This document shows positions 36,929-46,278 of a stretch of DNA of 55,046 nt, in pieces (the stretch's first letter is position 1; the number at the start of each line of letters is the position of its first letter). A program made the position numbers and the translations under genes. Location: IMG/VR virus record IMGVR_UViG_3300020451_002514, positions 1-55,046 of that record; one strand, written 5' to 3'. Below the pieces are notes generated by a model, which saw only the letters and a list, made by a program, of their open reading frames with translations, made no database searches and was not told the origin of the DNA. The stretch comes from a virus (Duplodnaviria; Caudoviricetes).

Positions 36929-39501
36929 TTTTTGATGATTGTACTATATATGATGACTGCGAACCAGCAGGAGTAGAGCTTCCAAAAACAGTTGTTAAAT
37001 CTAGCAAGCTAAAGGAGATAGGTCTTAGCCCTGATAGCTCCACGAAAGAAATTTTGTATGAGTTGGCTCGCAAAGGATTAAAAGGAAAAGGTATTACTAA
37101 ATTTGAAAATAAAGATATTTATTTTGAAAGAACCAAGCAGGAATTAGAAACCTTTGAAGAGTTAGGCTTTACTGATTATATATTACTAAACTGGGATGTT
37201 TTAAACTTTTGTCATGATAACGAGATTCCAACTGGAGCAGGTAGAGGCTCTGCGGCAGGATCTCTTGTATTATATTTATTGGGAGTGACAAATATTGACC
37301 CTATTCCTAATAGTTTATTTTTTGAGCGATTCGTATCTAAATCCAGAGCTAAAAAAGTTCAAGATAAAAACGGCAAAGAGTTTCTTGTAGGAAGCCTTCT
37401 GCCTGATGTAGATTCTGATATTTCTTATGACCAAAGACATAAGGTTATCTCATATATAGAAAGACAGCACGAAGGAAAGACTGCAAAAATATTAACGTTC
37501 AATACATTCAGTGCTAAACTTTGTATCAAAGAAGCTACAAAATATTTTGATGAAGCTACTGAAGAAAGAGCCATGAGAACTTCAGATTCTATACCTAAGT
37601 TACATGGTCAAGTTTTAAGTCTTGAGGCTGCTTTTGAGGAGAGTGATAAATTTAGAGCATGGGCTAGAAAACATAAAAAAACTTACAAAAATGCATTAAA
37701 AGTCGAAGGTCTACCTAAAAATACTGGAGTCCATCCATCTGGTATCGCTATTTGCTCTCAAAAAATATCAGATGTAGTTCCACTTCAAAAAACAAAAGAT
37801 GGAGATCTTGTTACAGGTTACAACATGGATGATGTTGCAGATTTAATGGTTAAGTTTGATATTCTAGGACTGAGAACTTTGACCATTGCTCACAAATGTT
37901 GCGAAAAGGTTGATATTAATATAGATGATATTGACCCTAATGACCCTTACATATATGAAAAACTTCAAGATTTTAAACACCCAGCAGGGTTGTTTCAAAT
38001 TTCTGCCGAGACAAACTATAGAGTGTGCAGAGATGTAAAACCTGAAAATTTAACTGAGCTATCTGACGTTATAGCCTTGGCTCGACCTGCTGCTTTAGAA
38101 CATGTAGAGCGATACATTGAACAAAAAAGAGCTTTAACTGACTTAAATCTACATCCAGAATTAGACAAGATTCTTTCATGGTCTAAAAATGTAATCTTAT
38201 TCCAAGAGCAAATTATGCAAATAGCTAATAAAGTTTTTGGGTTTACTTTAGAAGAAGCGGAAACGCTTAGAAGAATAGTTGGAAAGAAAAAAGTTGATCA
38301 AATGCCACAATGGCGACAAAAGATTTTTGATGCCGCAGAACAAAAAGGTTTAGATGAAAGAGTGGCAGAGTTTTATTGGGTATCATTAGAAGCCTCTGCA
38401 CACTACTCTTTTAATAAATCTCATAGTTTTGCTTATGCTGATTTAGCAGCCAAAACTGTTTACCTTAAATATAAATATCCACAACAATTTTTCTTGTCTA
38501 TACTAGAATGTTCTGAATTTGAGCCAGACCCTCTAGAAACTATCAGCTTGGTAAGTCAAGAATTAAAATCATTTAAAATAAAATTATTGCCTCCATGTTT
38601 ATATAAATCAGACTTTGATTTTAAGATAGAGGGTAGAAATATAAGATATGGATTAAGATCTATAAAAGGAGTTTCCGATAAAAACTTAAAAAGCTTAATT
38701 GATTTTAGAGGCTTTCAGTTTAACAATCGGTATGAAATTTTTATTGCTGCTAAAGAGTGTGGTATTCCTATAAATGTTTTATCTTCCCTGATACAAGCGG
38801 GACTGATGGATAATAGCTCAGAGGATAATCCTATATCGAGAAGTAAGTTAGTCTTGCAAGCTCAGTCCTTTAATCTTTTGACAGATAGAGAGAAGAGAAA
38901 TTTTTCTCGCTTGGCTCAGAGATTAGGTTTCAATATACTAAAAGCCATAGAAAAGTCTCTGGCTGATAAAATTTTAGGTGACGATGGTAAAATTTTAATG
39001 AAAGATAGTCGTTTTAAAACTTTCTACGATAAGTATGAGAAATATAGAGAGATTTATTTTAAAAATAGAAACTTCGAAAAATTTGCTTCTTGGACGTTTG
39101 AAAATAACCTTTTGGGTTTTTCTTACTCTTACGACTTGAAAGAATGTTTTGAAGATCACGAGGATATAGATAGATTACATTATCTATCTGATGTAGAAGA
39201 TTTAGCAGATAGAACTAAATTTTCTTCTGTATGCCAAGTTAAAGATTTTTTTACTAAAGAGTCTCAAGCTGGAAACAAATACATGATCATGACCCTCTCT
39301 GATAGCACATCAACAAAAAGTATGATGTTCATAGATGGCAGAAATAATGAAAAATTTAGTGACTTTATGAAGTCAAATAAACTAAAGAAAAATGATGTAG
39401 TTCACTTGACTGCTAGTAAATCAAATAATACAATTTTCATTGATCATTTAGAGATAAAAGGTCCAGAAATTTACATGTACAAGAGGCAAGTTAAAAAGTA
39501 A
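36925..39501 (+). CDS. dnaE: DNA polymerase III alpha catalytic core
   Basis: GRGSAAGSL; FERF; PDVDSD; HPSG; KFDILGL; FQEQ; FNKSHS; C-terminal OB fold. Confidence 0.95.
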   Translation: MIFDDCTIYDDCEPAGVELPKTVVKSSKLKEIGLSPDSSTKEILYELARKGLKGKGITKFENKDIYFERTKQELETFEELGFTDYILLNWDVLNFCHDNEIPTGAGRGSAAGSLVLYLLGVTNIDPIPNSLFFERFVSKSRAKKVQDKNGKEFLVGSLLPDVDSDISYDQRHKVISYIERQHEGKTAKILTFNTFSAKLCIKEATKYFDEATEERAMRTSDSIPKLHGQVLSLEAAFEESDKFRAWARKHKKTYKNALKVEGLPKNTGVHPSGIAICSQKISDVVPLQKTKDGDLVTGYNMDDVADLMVKFDILGLRTLTIAHKCCEKVDINIDDIDPNDPYIYEKLQDFKHPAGLFQISAETNYRVCRDVKPENLTELSDVIALARPAALEHVERYIEQKRALTDLNLHPELDKILSWSKNVILFQEQIMQIANKVFGFTLEEAETLRRIVGKKKVDQMPQWRQKIFDAAEQKGLDERVAEFYWVSLEASAHYSFNKSHSFAYADLAAKTVYLKYKYPQQFFLSILECSEFEPDPLETISLVSQELKSFKIKLLPPCLYKSDFDFKIEGRNIRYGLRSIKGVSDKNLKSLIDFRGFQFNNRYEIFIAAKECGIPINVLSSLIQAGLMDNSSEDNPISRSKLVLQAQSFNLLTDREKRNFSRLAQRLGFNILKAIEKSLADKILGDDGKILMKDSRFKTFYDKYEKYREIYFKNRNFEKFASWTFENNLLGFSYSYDLKECFEDHEDIDRLHYLSDVEDLADRTKFSSVCQVKDFFTKESQAGNKYMIMTLSDSTSTKSMMFIDGRNNEKFSDFMKSNKLKKNDVVHLTASKSNNTIFIDHLEIKGPEIYMYKRQVKK

Positions 39502-39507
39502 AAATAA

Positions 39508-41829
39508 ATGGTTCAATTACCCTTTACTCCGCATATAGAAGGTGTTCTCCAAAAGTCTAAAGATTTATCTGTAATCTTAGAAAGAAACGGTGTTGATATA
39601 GATATATTATTTCACTGCTTTATTAGTGATTTGAGTCTATCTTGCACTTCTATATTTAAAAAAATTGGTGTTGATTATAATGAACTGTTAAAAGATTCAA
39701 GAAGCGTTTTACATAAAAAAAGGAAAAACAAAAATATATCTGATAAGTTTAAAACAGATGCCAGAAAGTTTTTAAAGTTTTGCGAGAAGCTTTGCAAAGA
39801 TACTTACTCTTTGGATTACATTCCGCCAGAGGTGATGTTGATGAATTTTTTTGATGAGCAATTTACTCCTAAAGTTTTAAAAGAATCTTTTCCAGAGGGG
39901 ATAGAGGCTGCTGATAGCGTAAGGTTTGGTGTAGTTGCTGAGTGTGCTTTAGTTATAAAAGATTTTGAAGCAGAAAAAATAGAATCAAAACTAAAAGAGC
40001 TTGAGGAGACTCCTGACAACTGGATCGATATGTTCGATAACAATGAGATCCTTTCACAATTTGCTGAAAATCTTAACATAAAAGCTGCTGCTGGGGAGTT
40101 TGATAAGATTGTTGATTATGATGGCAAGATAGATGAATTAGCTACGATATTATGTAGAAAAAAGAAACCAAATGCGATATTGGTTGGCCCAGCAGGTACA
40201 GGTAAAACCTCGCTGGTAGAAGGGTTGGCGACAAAAATAGCAGCAGGAGATGCTCCAGAGCTTATTGCTAATAAAGTAATTTATTCTGTTAGTTTATCTA
40301 GTATGGTTGCTGGCACTGAGTATAGGGGTCAGTTTGAAAAAAGGTTAGAAGACTTTGTAAATGAGGCTAAGAAATATACAAACTTAATTTTATTTATAGA
40401 TGAGATACATACTTTGATTGGAGCGGGTGGAGCTAACAATAATTCTCTTGAAGCATCTAATATTCTAAAGCCAGAATTGGCTAGAGGAACAATAAGTTGT
40501 ATCGGTGCTACAACTATAAATGAGTATACAAACACAATAAAGAAAGACACCGCCCTTGACAGAAGATTTGAAAGAGTTGTGGTAAAAGAGCCTTCTAAAT
40601 TTCAGATGGAGAAAATTTTACCTACTATTGTTTCTTATTACGAGGCATTTCACGCTGTAAAGTATAGCGATGAATTTTTAAATAATATTATTAAGTATTG
40701 CGAAAAGTACACTCCAAACAAATATTATCCAGATAAAGCTATTGATGTTATAGATCATTGCGGCGCTCAAGCTAAAGTTGCATTTTGGGATGTAAAACCT
40801 TCAATTAAAGAAATGCAAACAGAGATAGTTGAATCTGCGCTTCATCCAGAAAAAGATCATTCAGCCTTGATAGAAAAGCTAAATAAGAGTTTAGAAAAGT
40901 GGGTTGAATCAGATGAAACAACAAATAAACCAGAAGTAACTATCTTTCATTTAAAAGAATTTTTCGACAGGAAAATTAATCCGCTAAGTAAAAAGAAAAA
41001 AATAAATAAAGTTTTTGATTGTGTCTCTAACTTTTTTGTAGGCCAAGCTAATGTGCTTGAGGAGTTAAAACATGAAATAGTTTTAAGTAGTATAGGTGTT
41101 AGAACAACTAGAAAATTTTCTACTCCAGAATGTTATGTTGTGAGCGGTGATGACTCTAGTGGTAAATCATTATTTTGTGAGTTGTTAGAAGACTCTTTGC
41201 AAAAACATGGAGTAAATGTTTTATCTTATAATGGTATACATTTTTCAGATAATTTTTCTCCACATAAAATAGCATCTTCCCAAGGTAACAATACTTCGAT
41301 ATGCGAAAAGATTGTTATAACGCCAAATAGTGTTTTGATTATAGATGATTTTCATAAGATAGACAAAACTGCCGTGCCTATTTTTAATCAAATACTCAAA
41401 GAGGGTAAAATACAAATGAACAATGGGGATGTTGCTGATTTTTCTAATTGCAAAATATTTTTAACTAGCTGCTTGTCTCATACTAGCCAACTTGGCTTTA
41501 ATATAGAAAGATCTCGTAATGATGATCCTCTTATACATAAAGATATTTATTCTTTAATTAAGAACTCTTTTATTTTAAATGAATTAAAAACAAAAGATTT
41601 GCGTAGAATTTTGTGGAACAAGCTTAGAAACATAAAAAACAATTTAGAAGATAATGGTGTTTACTTGGATTTTACAGTAAAATATATTTGTACTAATGTA
41701 AATGATATAAAAAATGACTCTTCGCCAATCAAAAGTTTAAATCAATTAGTGTCATCAAAAATCAAACCATTTATTTCTGATTGTATAGCTAATGGCAATG
41801 ATAAAATAAAACTTTTTGTTGAAAAATAA
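39508..41829 (+). CDS. ClpA/ClpC-like AAA+ ATPase with a degenerate second ATPase domain
   Basis: D1: GPAGTGKT, GTEYRGQFE, FIDEIH, ALDRRF, PDKAID. D2: GDDSSGKS, IIDDFHK, QLGF. Confidence 0.9.
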   Translation: MVQLPFTPHIEGVLQKSKDLSVILERNGVDIDILFHCFISDLSLSCTSIFKKIGVDYNELLKDSRSVLHKKRKNKNISDKFKTDARKFLKFCEKLCKDTYSLDYIPPEVMLMNFFDEQFTPKVLKESFPEGIEAADSVRFGVVAECALVIKDFEAEKIESKLKELEETPDNWIDMFDNNEILSQFAENLNIKAAAGEFDKIVDYDGKIDELATILCRKKKPNAILVGPAGTGKTSLVEGLATKIAAGDAPELIANKVIYSVSLSSMVAGTEYRGQFEKRLEDFVNEAKKYTNLILFIDEIHTLIGAGGANNNSLEASNILKPELARGTISCIGATTINEYTNTIKKDTALDRRFERVVVKEPSKFQMEKILPTIVSYYEAFHAVKYSDEFLNNIIKYCEKYTPNKYYPDKAIDVIDHCGAQAKVAFWDVKPSIKEMQTEIVESALHPEKDHSALIEKLNKSLEKWVESDETTNKPEVTIFHLKEFFDRKINPLSKKKKINKVFDCVSNFFVGQANVLEELKHEIVLSSIGVRTTRKFSTPECYVVSGDDSSGKSLFCELLEDSLQKHGVNVLSYNGIHFSDNFSPHKIASSQGNNTSICEKIVITPNSVLIIDDFHKIDKTAVPIFNQILKEGKIQMNNGDVADFSNCKIFLTSCLSHTSQLGFNIERSRNDDPLIHKDIYSLIKNSFILNELKTKDLRRILWNKLRNIKNNLEDNGVYLDFTVKYICTNVNDIKNDSSPIKSLNQLVSSKIKPFISDCIANGNDKIKLFVEK

Positions 41830-41851
41830 AAATATAAGTAGATCATAAAGT

Positions 41852-42025
41852 ATGAGTGGCTCAGTAGCTAAGAAAATAAGAAAACTAGTTGGTTATCATC
41901 CCAAAAATGAAAATCCAATGCTAAAAAAACTTTACAAAACAATGAAAGGGCGCTACCATGCCCTTGGTCCCTCTGCATTTTGGAAAAGTGTTGAAGGCAA
42001 ATTTAACAATAGAACTCATGAGTGA
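41852..42025 (+). CDS. Small basic protein, 57 aa (not in the ORF track)
   Basis: MSGSVAKKIRKLVGYHPKNENPMLKKLYKTMKGRYHALGPSAFWKSVEGKFNNRTHE*. It fills the gap and overlaps the next start. Confidence 0.6.
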   Translation: MSGSVAKKIRKLVGYHPKNENPMLKKLYKTMKGRYHALGPSAFWKSVEGKFNNRTHE

Positions 42026-42233
42026 TACAAACACAAAAAATAACGACGAATGGAAAAAGCGCGAACTAGGCGCTCTTTGGCGAGTTGAAGGTAGAAACCA
42101 ATCTTTCTATAGTGGAGAGATTGCTTTATCTGACGGTTCAAAGCAGAAAATCGTCATCTTTAAAAATAAATTCAAAGAGCAAGGCACTAAACAGCCAGAT
42201 CTAAGAATTTATCAAAGCATGGATACAGAGTAA
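42018..42233 (+). CDS. DUF736-like small protein (putative nucleic-acid binding)
   Basis: ELGALW...FYSGEI...IVIFKNK..KQPDLRIY. The ATG at 42018 is preferred. Confidence 0.65.
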   Translation: MSDTNTKNNDEWKKRELGALWRVEGRNQSFYSGEIALSDGSKQKIVIFKNKFKEQGTKQPDLRIYQSMDTE

Positions 42234-42454
42234 TGGACGCTGAAAAACAAGAAGAGTTAAAAGCTCTCTTAGTGTCTGAGATGGTATCTAGAATCACGGT
42301 AGCGGAGGCTGTAAATATAATGCACAATATCGCTATTTCGGAAGTCGATAAAAATATCGCAAAAATGTCTGATGAGGAGAAACTCTCAGCTTTAGAGGAA
42401 CTTACAAAAAGAGTAAATCCTTCTGAAGAAAATGAGTCAAATTTGGAAATTTAG
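42233..42454 (+). CDS. Hypothetical protein
   Basis: 73 aa helical acidic ORF, TAATG-coupled. Confidence 0.6.
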   Translation: MDAEKQEELKALLVSEMVSRITVAEAVNIMHNIAISEVDKNIAKMSDEEKLSALEELTKRVNPSEENESNLEI

Positions 42455-42470
42455 GTGTAAGACACAGAGA

Positions 42471-42944
42471 ATGCCTTATACTCTTTCTTTTTTAGATCAA
42501 AAATTATATCGGAGTCTATCTTTTGATGCTGATATAAAGTTTCCTGAGTCCAGTGACTTTGTTAAGAAGTTTTGGATATTAAAGGAATATAAAAAAGTTA
42601 GTTCAGATTTGGAGCTTTCAGAGTCTAAAGATTCTGACAAAGAAATGACAAGCTCTTCTTCTTATGAGATACACAAAAGGTTTCAAGGTGATGAACTTAT
42701 CGTTGAGATAGTTCAAAGCCTTGCTTTTTGTGAAGAGTTTAATTATTTTAGTAAGGCAGATTTTGATTTGCCTACAGGAGATGAAGAATTAGATAAAATG
42801 CTTACTGATATAAAAGATTCTGATTTTGATGAATCAGTTATAAAAGCTTCTATCTTAGATAGTGTGCTTCAAGGAAACTATCCTCAAAATCCTGATGATG
42901 AACCAAAAGAGGAAGAAGAGTCCTCTGAGGAATCAAGTGAATAG
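42471..42944 (+). CDS. Hypothetical acidic protein
   Basis: The ATG at 42471 lies 10 nt after GTGTAA (42455). Confidence 0.6.
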   Translation: MPYTLSFLDQKLYRSLSFDADIKFPESSDFVKKFWILKEYKKVSSDLELSESKDSDKEMTSSSSYEIHKRFQGDELIVEIVQSLAFCEEFNYFSKADFDLPTGDEELDKMLTDIKDSDFDESVIKASILDSVLQGNYPQNPDDEPKEEEESSEESSE

Positions 42945-43773
42945 AGTTTTAATAACTGGAGCTGGCGGATTTATAGGAGGCAACTTATCCGAATATTTAG
43001 AAGCTCGTGGGTTTCAAGTTACAAGATTTGATATATCTTTAGGTAATACTGGTTATCCAGATATTTTCAATCAAGACTTTGTAATTCACCTTGGTGCAAA
43101 TTCAAGCACTACAGAAACCGATCTAAAAAAAATATTAGATCAAAACTTTGAATACTCAGCCAACCTTTACAAGATGTGTGAGGCTTATGAGATAAAGTTT
43201 CAATATGCTAGTAGCGCATCTGTTTATGGGGCATCTAAAACTTTCAAAGAAGATGAGTTTTGTAAACCATTGAGTCCTTATGCTTTTAGCAAGTATATGT
43301 TTGATTGTTGGTTAATGAATCAAGAATATCCATACCAAGGGTTTAGATATTTTAATGTGTACGGTTTGGGTGAAGATAAAAAAGGAAAGCAAGCTAGTCC
43401 TGTTTCAAAATTTATAAAAGAAGCGCAGACAGGTGGTAAAATAAAGATTTTTGAGAAAAGCGAAAAATACAAAAGAGATTTTATTTCTGTAGATGATGTG
43501 TGTGAAATGCACTACAAGTTTTTGACAAATGAGGCTTCAGGAATATTTAACATAGGTACAGGTAAGCCTATCTCTTTCAGAGATGTAGCAGAAATAATAA
43601 AAGAAAACTCTAACTCTGAGATAGAAGAAATACCAATGCCCAAAGAGCTAAAAGGGCAGTATCAAAAATTTACAAAAGCTGATATATCAAAGCTAAATGA
43701 AATAATTGGTGATTATGAGTGGAAAAGTGTAAGTGAATATGTAGAAGAAAACATTGATGCTTTCCTTAATTAA
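42937..43773 (+). CDS. hldD: ADP-L-glycero-D-manno-heptose 6-epimerase
   Basis: ITGAGGFIG; IHLGANSSTTE; YASSASVYG; PLSPYAFSK; FRYFNVYG...KGKQAS; RDFISVDD; YQKFTKAD. Confidence 0.88.
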   Translation: MNRVLITGAGGFIGGNLSEYLEARGFQVTRFDISLGNTGYPDIFNQDFVIHLGANSSTTETDLKKILDQNFEYSANLYKMCEAYEIKFQYASSASVYGASKTFKEDEFCKPLSPYAFSKYMFDCWLMNQEYPYQGFRYFNVYGLGEDKKGKQASPVSKFIKEAQTGGKIKIFEKSEKYKRDFISVDDVCEMHYKFLTNEASGIFNIGTGKPISFRDVAEIIKENSNSEIEEIPMPKELKGQYQKFTKADISKLNEIIGDYEWKSVSEYVEENIDAFLN

Positions 43774-44023
43774 AAGTGTTTTAAAATCAATTGAGCTATA
43801 TTTATCTTTAAAAAATAAGCTCTTCTACATAGAATTAAGACATAACCATGAAAAAACACGTAAAAGAATTATTCAAGAGATTGAAGATCTTAGGGCTAGT
43901 GGCGGTGATGCAGACCGTGCTGATCTCTTGCGAGACGAACTCATCCGTGAAGACGCAAGTTTTAAATATTTATCAGCCTTCTACGCTGAGTCTAGAGAAG
44001 GGAAGTCCGATAAGGACAACTAA
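43754..44023 (+). CDS. Putative i-spanin (Rz-like)
   Basis: Amphipathic N-terminus and coiled-coil body, overlapped out of frame by a lipoprotein gene. Confidence 0.5.
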   Translation: MMLSLIKSVLKSIELYLSLKNKLFYIELRHNHEKTRKRIIQEIEDLRASGGDADRADLLRDELIREDASFKYLSAFYAESREGKSDKDN

Positions 44024-44117
44024 AGGTGTCTATACTCCAGAAACCGATGAGGTTTGGCACTCTGATGCGAGGTTCCGCAAACTTGAGCGCCAGTTATATT
44101 TTCCCAGCAATAAGTGA
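43848..44117 (+). CDS. Putative o-spanin lipoprotein (Rz1-like)
   Basis: Basic N-region, hydrophobic ILGLVAVMQTV, lipobox LISC. Confidence 0.6.
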   Translation: MKKHVKELFKRLKILGLVAVMQTVLISCETNSSVKTQVLNIYQPSTLSLEKGSPIRTTKGVYTPETDEVWHSDARFRKLERQLYFPSNK

Positions 44118-44124
44118 GCTTTTT

Positions 44125-44130
44125 GTGTAA
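44125..44130 (+). promoter_or_regulatory. GTGTAA motif (candidate late promoter)
   Basis: Intergenic, 9 nt before the ATG at 44140. Confidence 0.5.
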
Positions 44131-44139
44131 TTAGAACAA

Positions 44140-45690
44140 ATGGCTTTTATTACTGGAATTCCTATTAGAAATAGTATACACACCGAAGAATCCACAAGTG
44201 TGGCTGATTGGGGTAAATACAGGTCAGAATTGACTGGTCTTTATATTACTGGTGAGGGTACTGGAGCGATGTATGAACAATACGCGGCGCAAGATTTTAG
44301 AGAGTACAATAAAAAAATACATGATTTAGGTCTTAATGAATTTAACTCAGATCTTTATTTGAGGCCGTTTGATGCTGGATTCAGATATACTCATGATCCA
44401 TTATTAGGTAAATATAGCGAAGCTGCTGGAGCTTATTCTACAAAAGATATAGGTTTTGGAGGTTATCTCATGAGCATCAGAACAAATGCTGACGCACTAA
44501 ACAGAGAAGCTTACGTTTTAGGTGATACTACTGGCAATATTTCATTAGAAGCTATGGTAGCACCAACAGGAACTGGATTCCCTGCTTATACATATGACCT
44601 TGGTAATACTTTAGGAACAGGATCTCAACAAGGTCCGTATGAAGTTAAAAGTTTTCAATCTAATATATCAGGAAGAGAATATAAAATAACCTACGTTAAA
44701 GATGCTTGGTTTGAGGATCTATCTGGTTACATGGATACATATGAGGCGTTCCCTGCTTGGGAATTAGGAGACAGTCCTGACGCTTCAAGCTTTGCTTTAA
44801 ATGTATCAAACGCCCCTAATGGAGATGTGCTAGTTTATCCTTGGGGAGTTCAATTTTTTGGTTTTTTTAGTGTTTGGATAGTAAGCACTCAGCGGAGCGA
44901 AGATGGCGGCGAAAATGATATTTCTGAATCTTTTTATGTTTACGAAAAAGAGTGGAGGTCGGTAGGTGCAGCATTGCAATACGGACCGCAAAATTACGTT
45001 GTAAGTGCGGAGCCTGTATATTCTACTTTAGGGGCTTTTGTAGGCCAAGCTAACGGATATGTCACAGATTGGTATGATCAGTCTCATACAGGGTCAGAGC
45101 GAAACAACCTCATACAAGAAACTGCGGCTGATCAACCTACGGTTGTTAATGGCGGCTCTTTAGTGACAGATTCAAGTGGGAATACAGCCTTAGATTTTGA
45201 CGGAAGCAATCAGCACATGACATTAAATACTGGGTTTTCTAGTACTTTAAATATAAGTGCTTTGTCTTCTTACACAGTTTTCCAAGCTGACACAATAGCA
45301 GGGACTCAAATGGTTTCTACTCTAGGGAGCTTCGCAGACTCTAATAAAAGATGGTATGCTCCCTTCATTAGCAGTAATAATTTTAGTTTTAATTATGGCG
45401 CTGGTTCCGCTCCTTCTACCTCTGCTAACACAAATTTAAATTTAGTCAGCATGGTAGCAGATTCAACACAGGGTGCATATAAAGCTTTTTTAAATAGCTC
45501 TCAAGTGGGAAGTGATGGCTCTTTAGAAGACAAAAGTGGAGGAACTTCACTTGTTGGAGTCGGAGGATTAGGTGACAGTTTACATTTTAACGGTAAAATG
45601 GGAGAGTTTCTTATTTATTCAGGTCAAAGTGCATCTGTAAATAGGGAAGCTATACAGGATAGTATAAATGAAAGATTTAGTATTTATTAA
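44140..45690 (+). CDS. Tail fibre/adhesin with LamG-like lectin domain
   Basis: AAGAYS...GYVTDWYDQS...QETAADQPTVV...LDFDG...FNGKMGEFLIY. Confidence 0.7.
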   Translation: MAFITGIPIRNSIHTEESTSVADWGKYRSELTGLYITGEGTGAMYEQYAAQDFREYNKKIHDLGLNEFNSDLYLRPFDAGFRYTHDPLLGKYSEAAGAYSTKDIGFGGYLMSIRTNADALNREAYVLGDTTGNISLEAMVAPTGTGFPAYTYDLGNTLGTGSQQGPYEVKSFQSNISGREYKITYVKDAWFEDLSGYMDTYEAFPAWELGDSPDASSFALNVSNAPNGDVLVYPWGVQFFGFFSVWIVSTQRSEDGGENDISESFYVYEKEWRSVGAALQYGPQNYVVSAEPVYSTLGAFVGQANGYVTDWYDQSHTGSERNNLIQETAADQPTVVNGGSLVTDSSGNTALDFDGSNQHMTLNTGFSSTLNISALSSYTVFQADTIAGTQMVSTLGSFADSNKRWYAPFISSNNFSFNYGAGSAPSTSANTNLNLVSMVADSTQGAYKAFLNSSQVGSDGSLEDKSGGTSLVGVGGLGDSLHFNGKMGEFLIYSGQSASVNREAIQDSINERFSIY

Positions 45691-45693
45691 TAT

Positions 45694-45984
45694 ATGAAAT
45701 ATTTACTTTTTAACACAAAACAAGAAGCTCAAAACAGGAGCGCACAAGAAGCACAAGCAAGATCTTGTTCTGGCACTACAAAATATTGGTGGACAGTGAA
45801 GCAAACTAAAGCGGGCAAATGGGCTTTATGTATTGATAATCCATATCCAAGGGTAACAGAAGAAACCATAGAATTTGATGGAGAAGAAATGACAGTGCCT
45901 ACTAATTCTTTAGCAGGATTAACTCCAACAGAAATATCAAATTTAAAAAATTCTGTCGTCTGGCCTGATGTTCCAACTCTTTAA
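45694..45984 (+). CDS. Hypothetical protein, possible fibre chaperone
   Basis: TTKYWW...GKWAL type small gene directly after the LamG fibre gene. Confidence 0.5.
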   Translation: MKYLLFNTKQEAQNRSAQEAQARSCSGTTKYWWTVKQTKAGKWALCIDNPYPRVTEETIEFDGEEMTVPTNSLAGLTPTEISNLKNSVVWPDVPTL

Positions 45985-46028
45985 AAAAAAAGTTGATAAA
46001 TATTATTTAGTGAGTAATATAAATATAT

Positions 46029-46232
46029 ATGAAAACTATTGAATTCACTGATCAGGAATTGCAGGTTCTCACACAACTTTTAGACATCGCAGTAAAAGCT
46101 GGTGGTCTCAACGTTGCTGAAGCTGCAACCGTACTAGCTAAGAAAATTTCTCAGGAAATTGAACAACCTCAGTTTGCAGAACCTTCTATTGCACCTGTAG
46201 AGGACGTAGAAGAAGGTGTTGTTGAGGAATAA
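46029..46232 (+). CDS. Hypothetical protein
   Basis: 67 aa (LLDIAVKAGG), preceded by TTGATA-N16-TAATAT at 45993-46020. Confidence 0.65.
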   Translation: MKTIEFTDQELQVLTQLLDIAVKAGGLNVAEAATVLAKKISQEIEQPQFAEPSIAPVEDVEEGVVEE

Positions 46233-46242
46233 AATATTTCCC

Positions 46243-46271
46243 TTGACCATTACAAAATTGTAATATAAAGT
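46243..46271 (+). promoter_or_regulatory. Sigma70-type promoter of the OMP gene
   Basis: TTGACC-N17-TAAAGT, 7 nt before the ATG at 46279. Confidence 0.5.
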
Positions 46272-46278
46272 TAATATT

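Noticed and set aside
35626-39501. Intein or intron splitting of dnaE (also checked nrdA, dnaB, recA)
   Set aside because: No intein terminal motifs (C/S start, HN end), no homing endonuclease and no intervening non-coding sequence.
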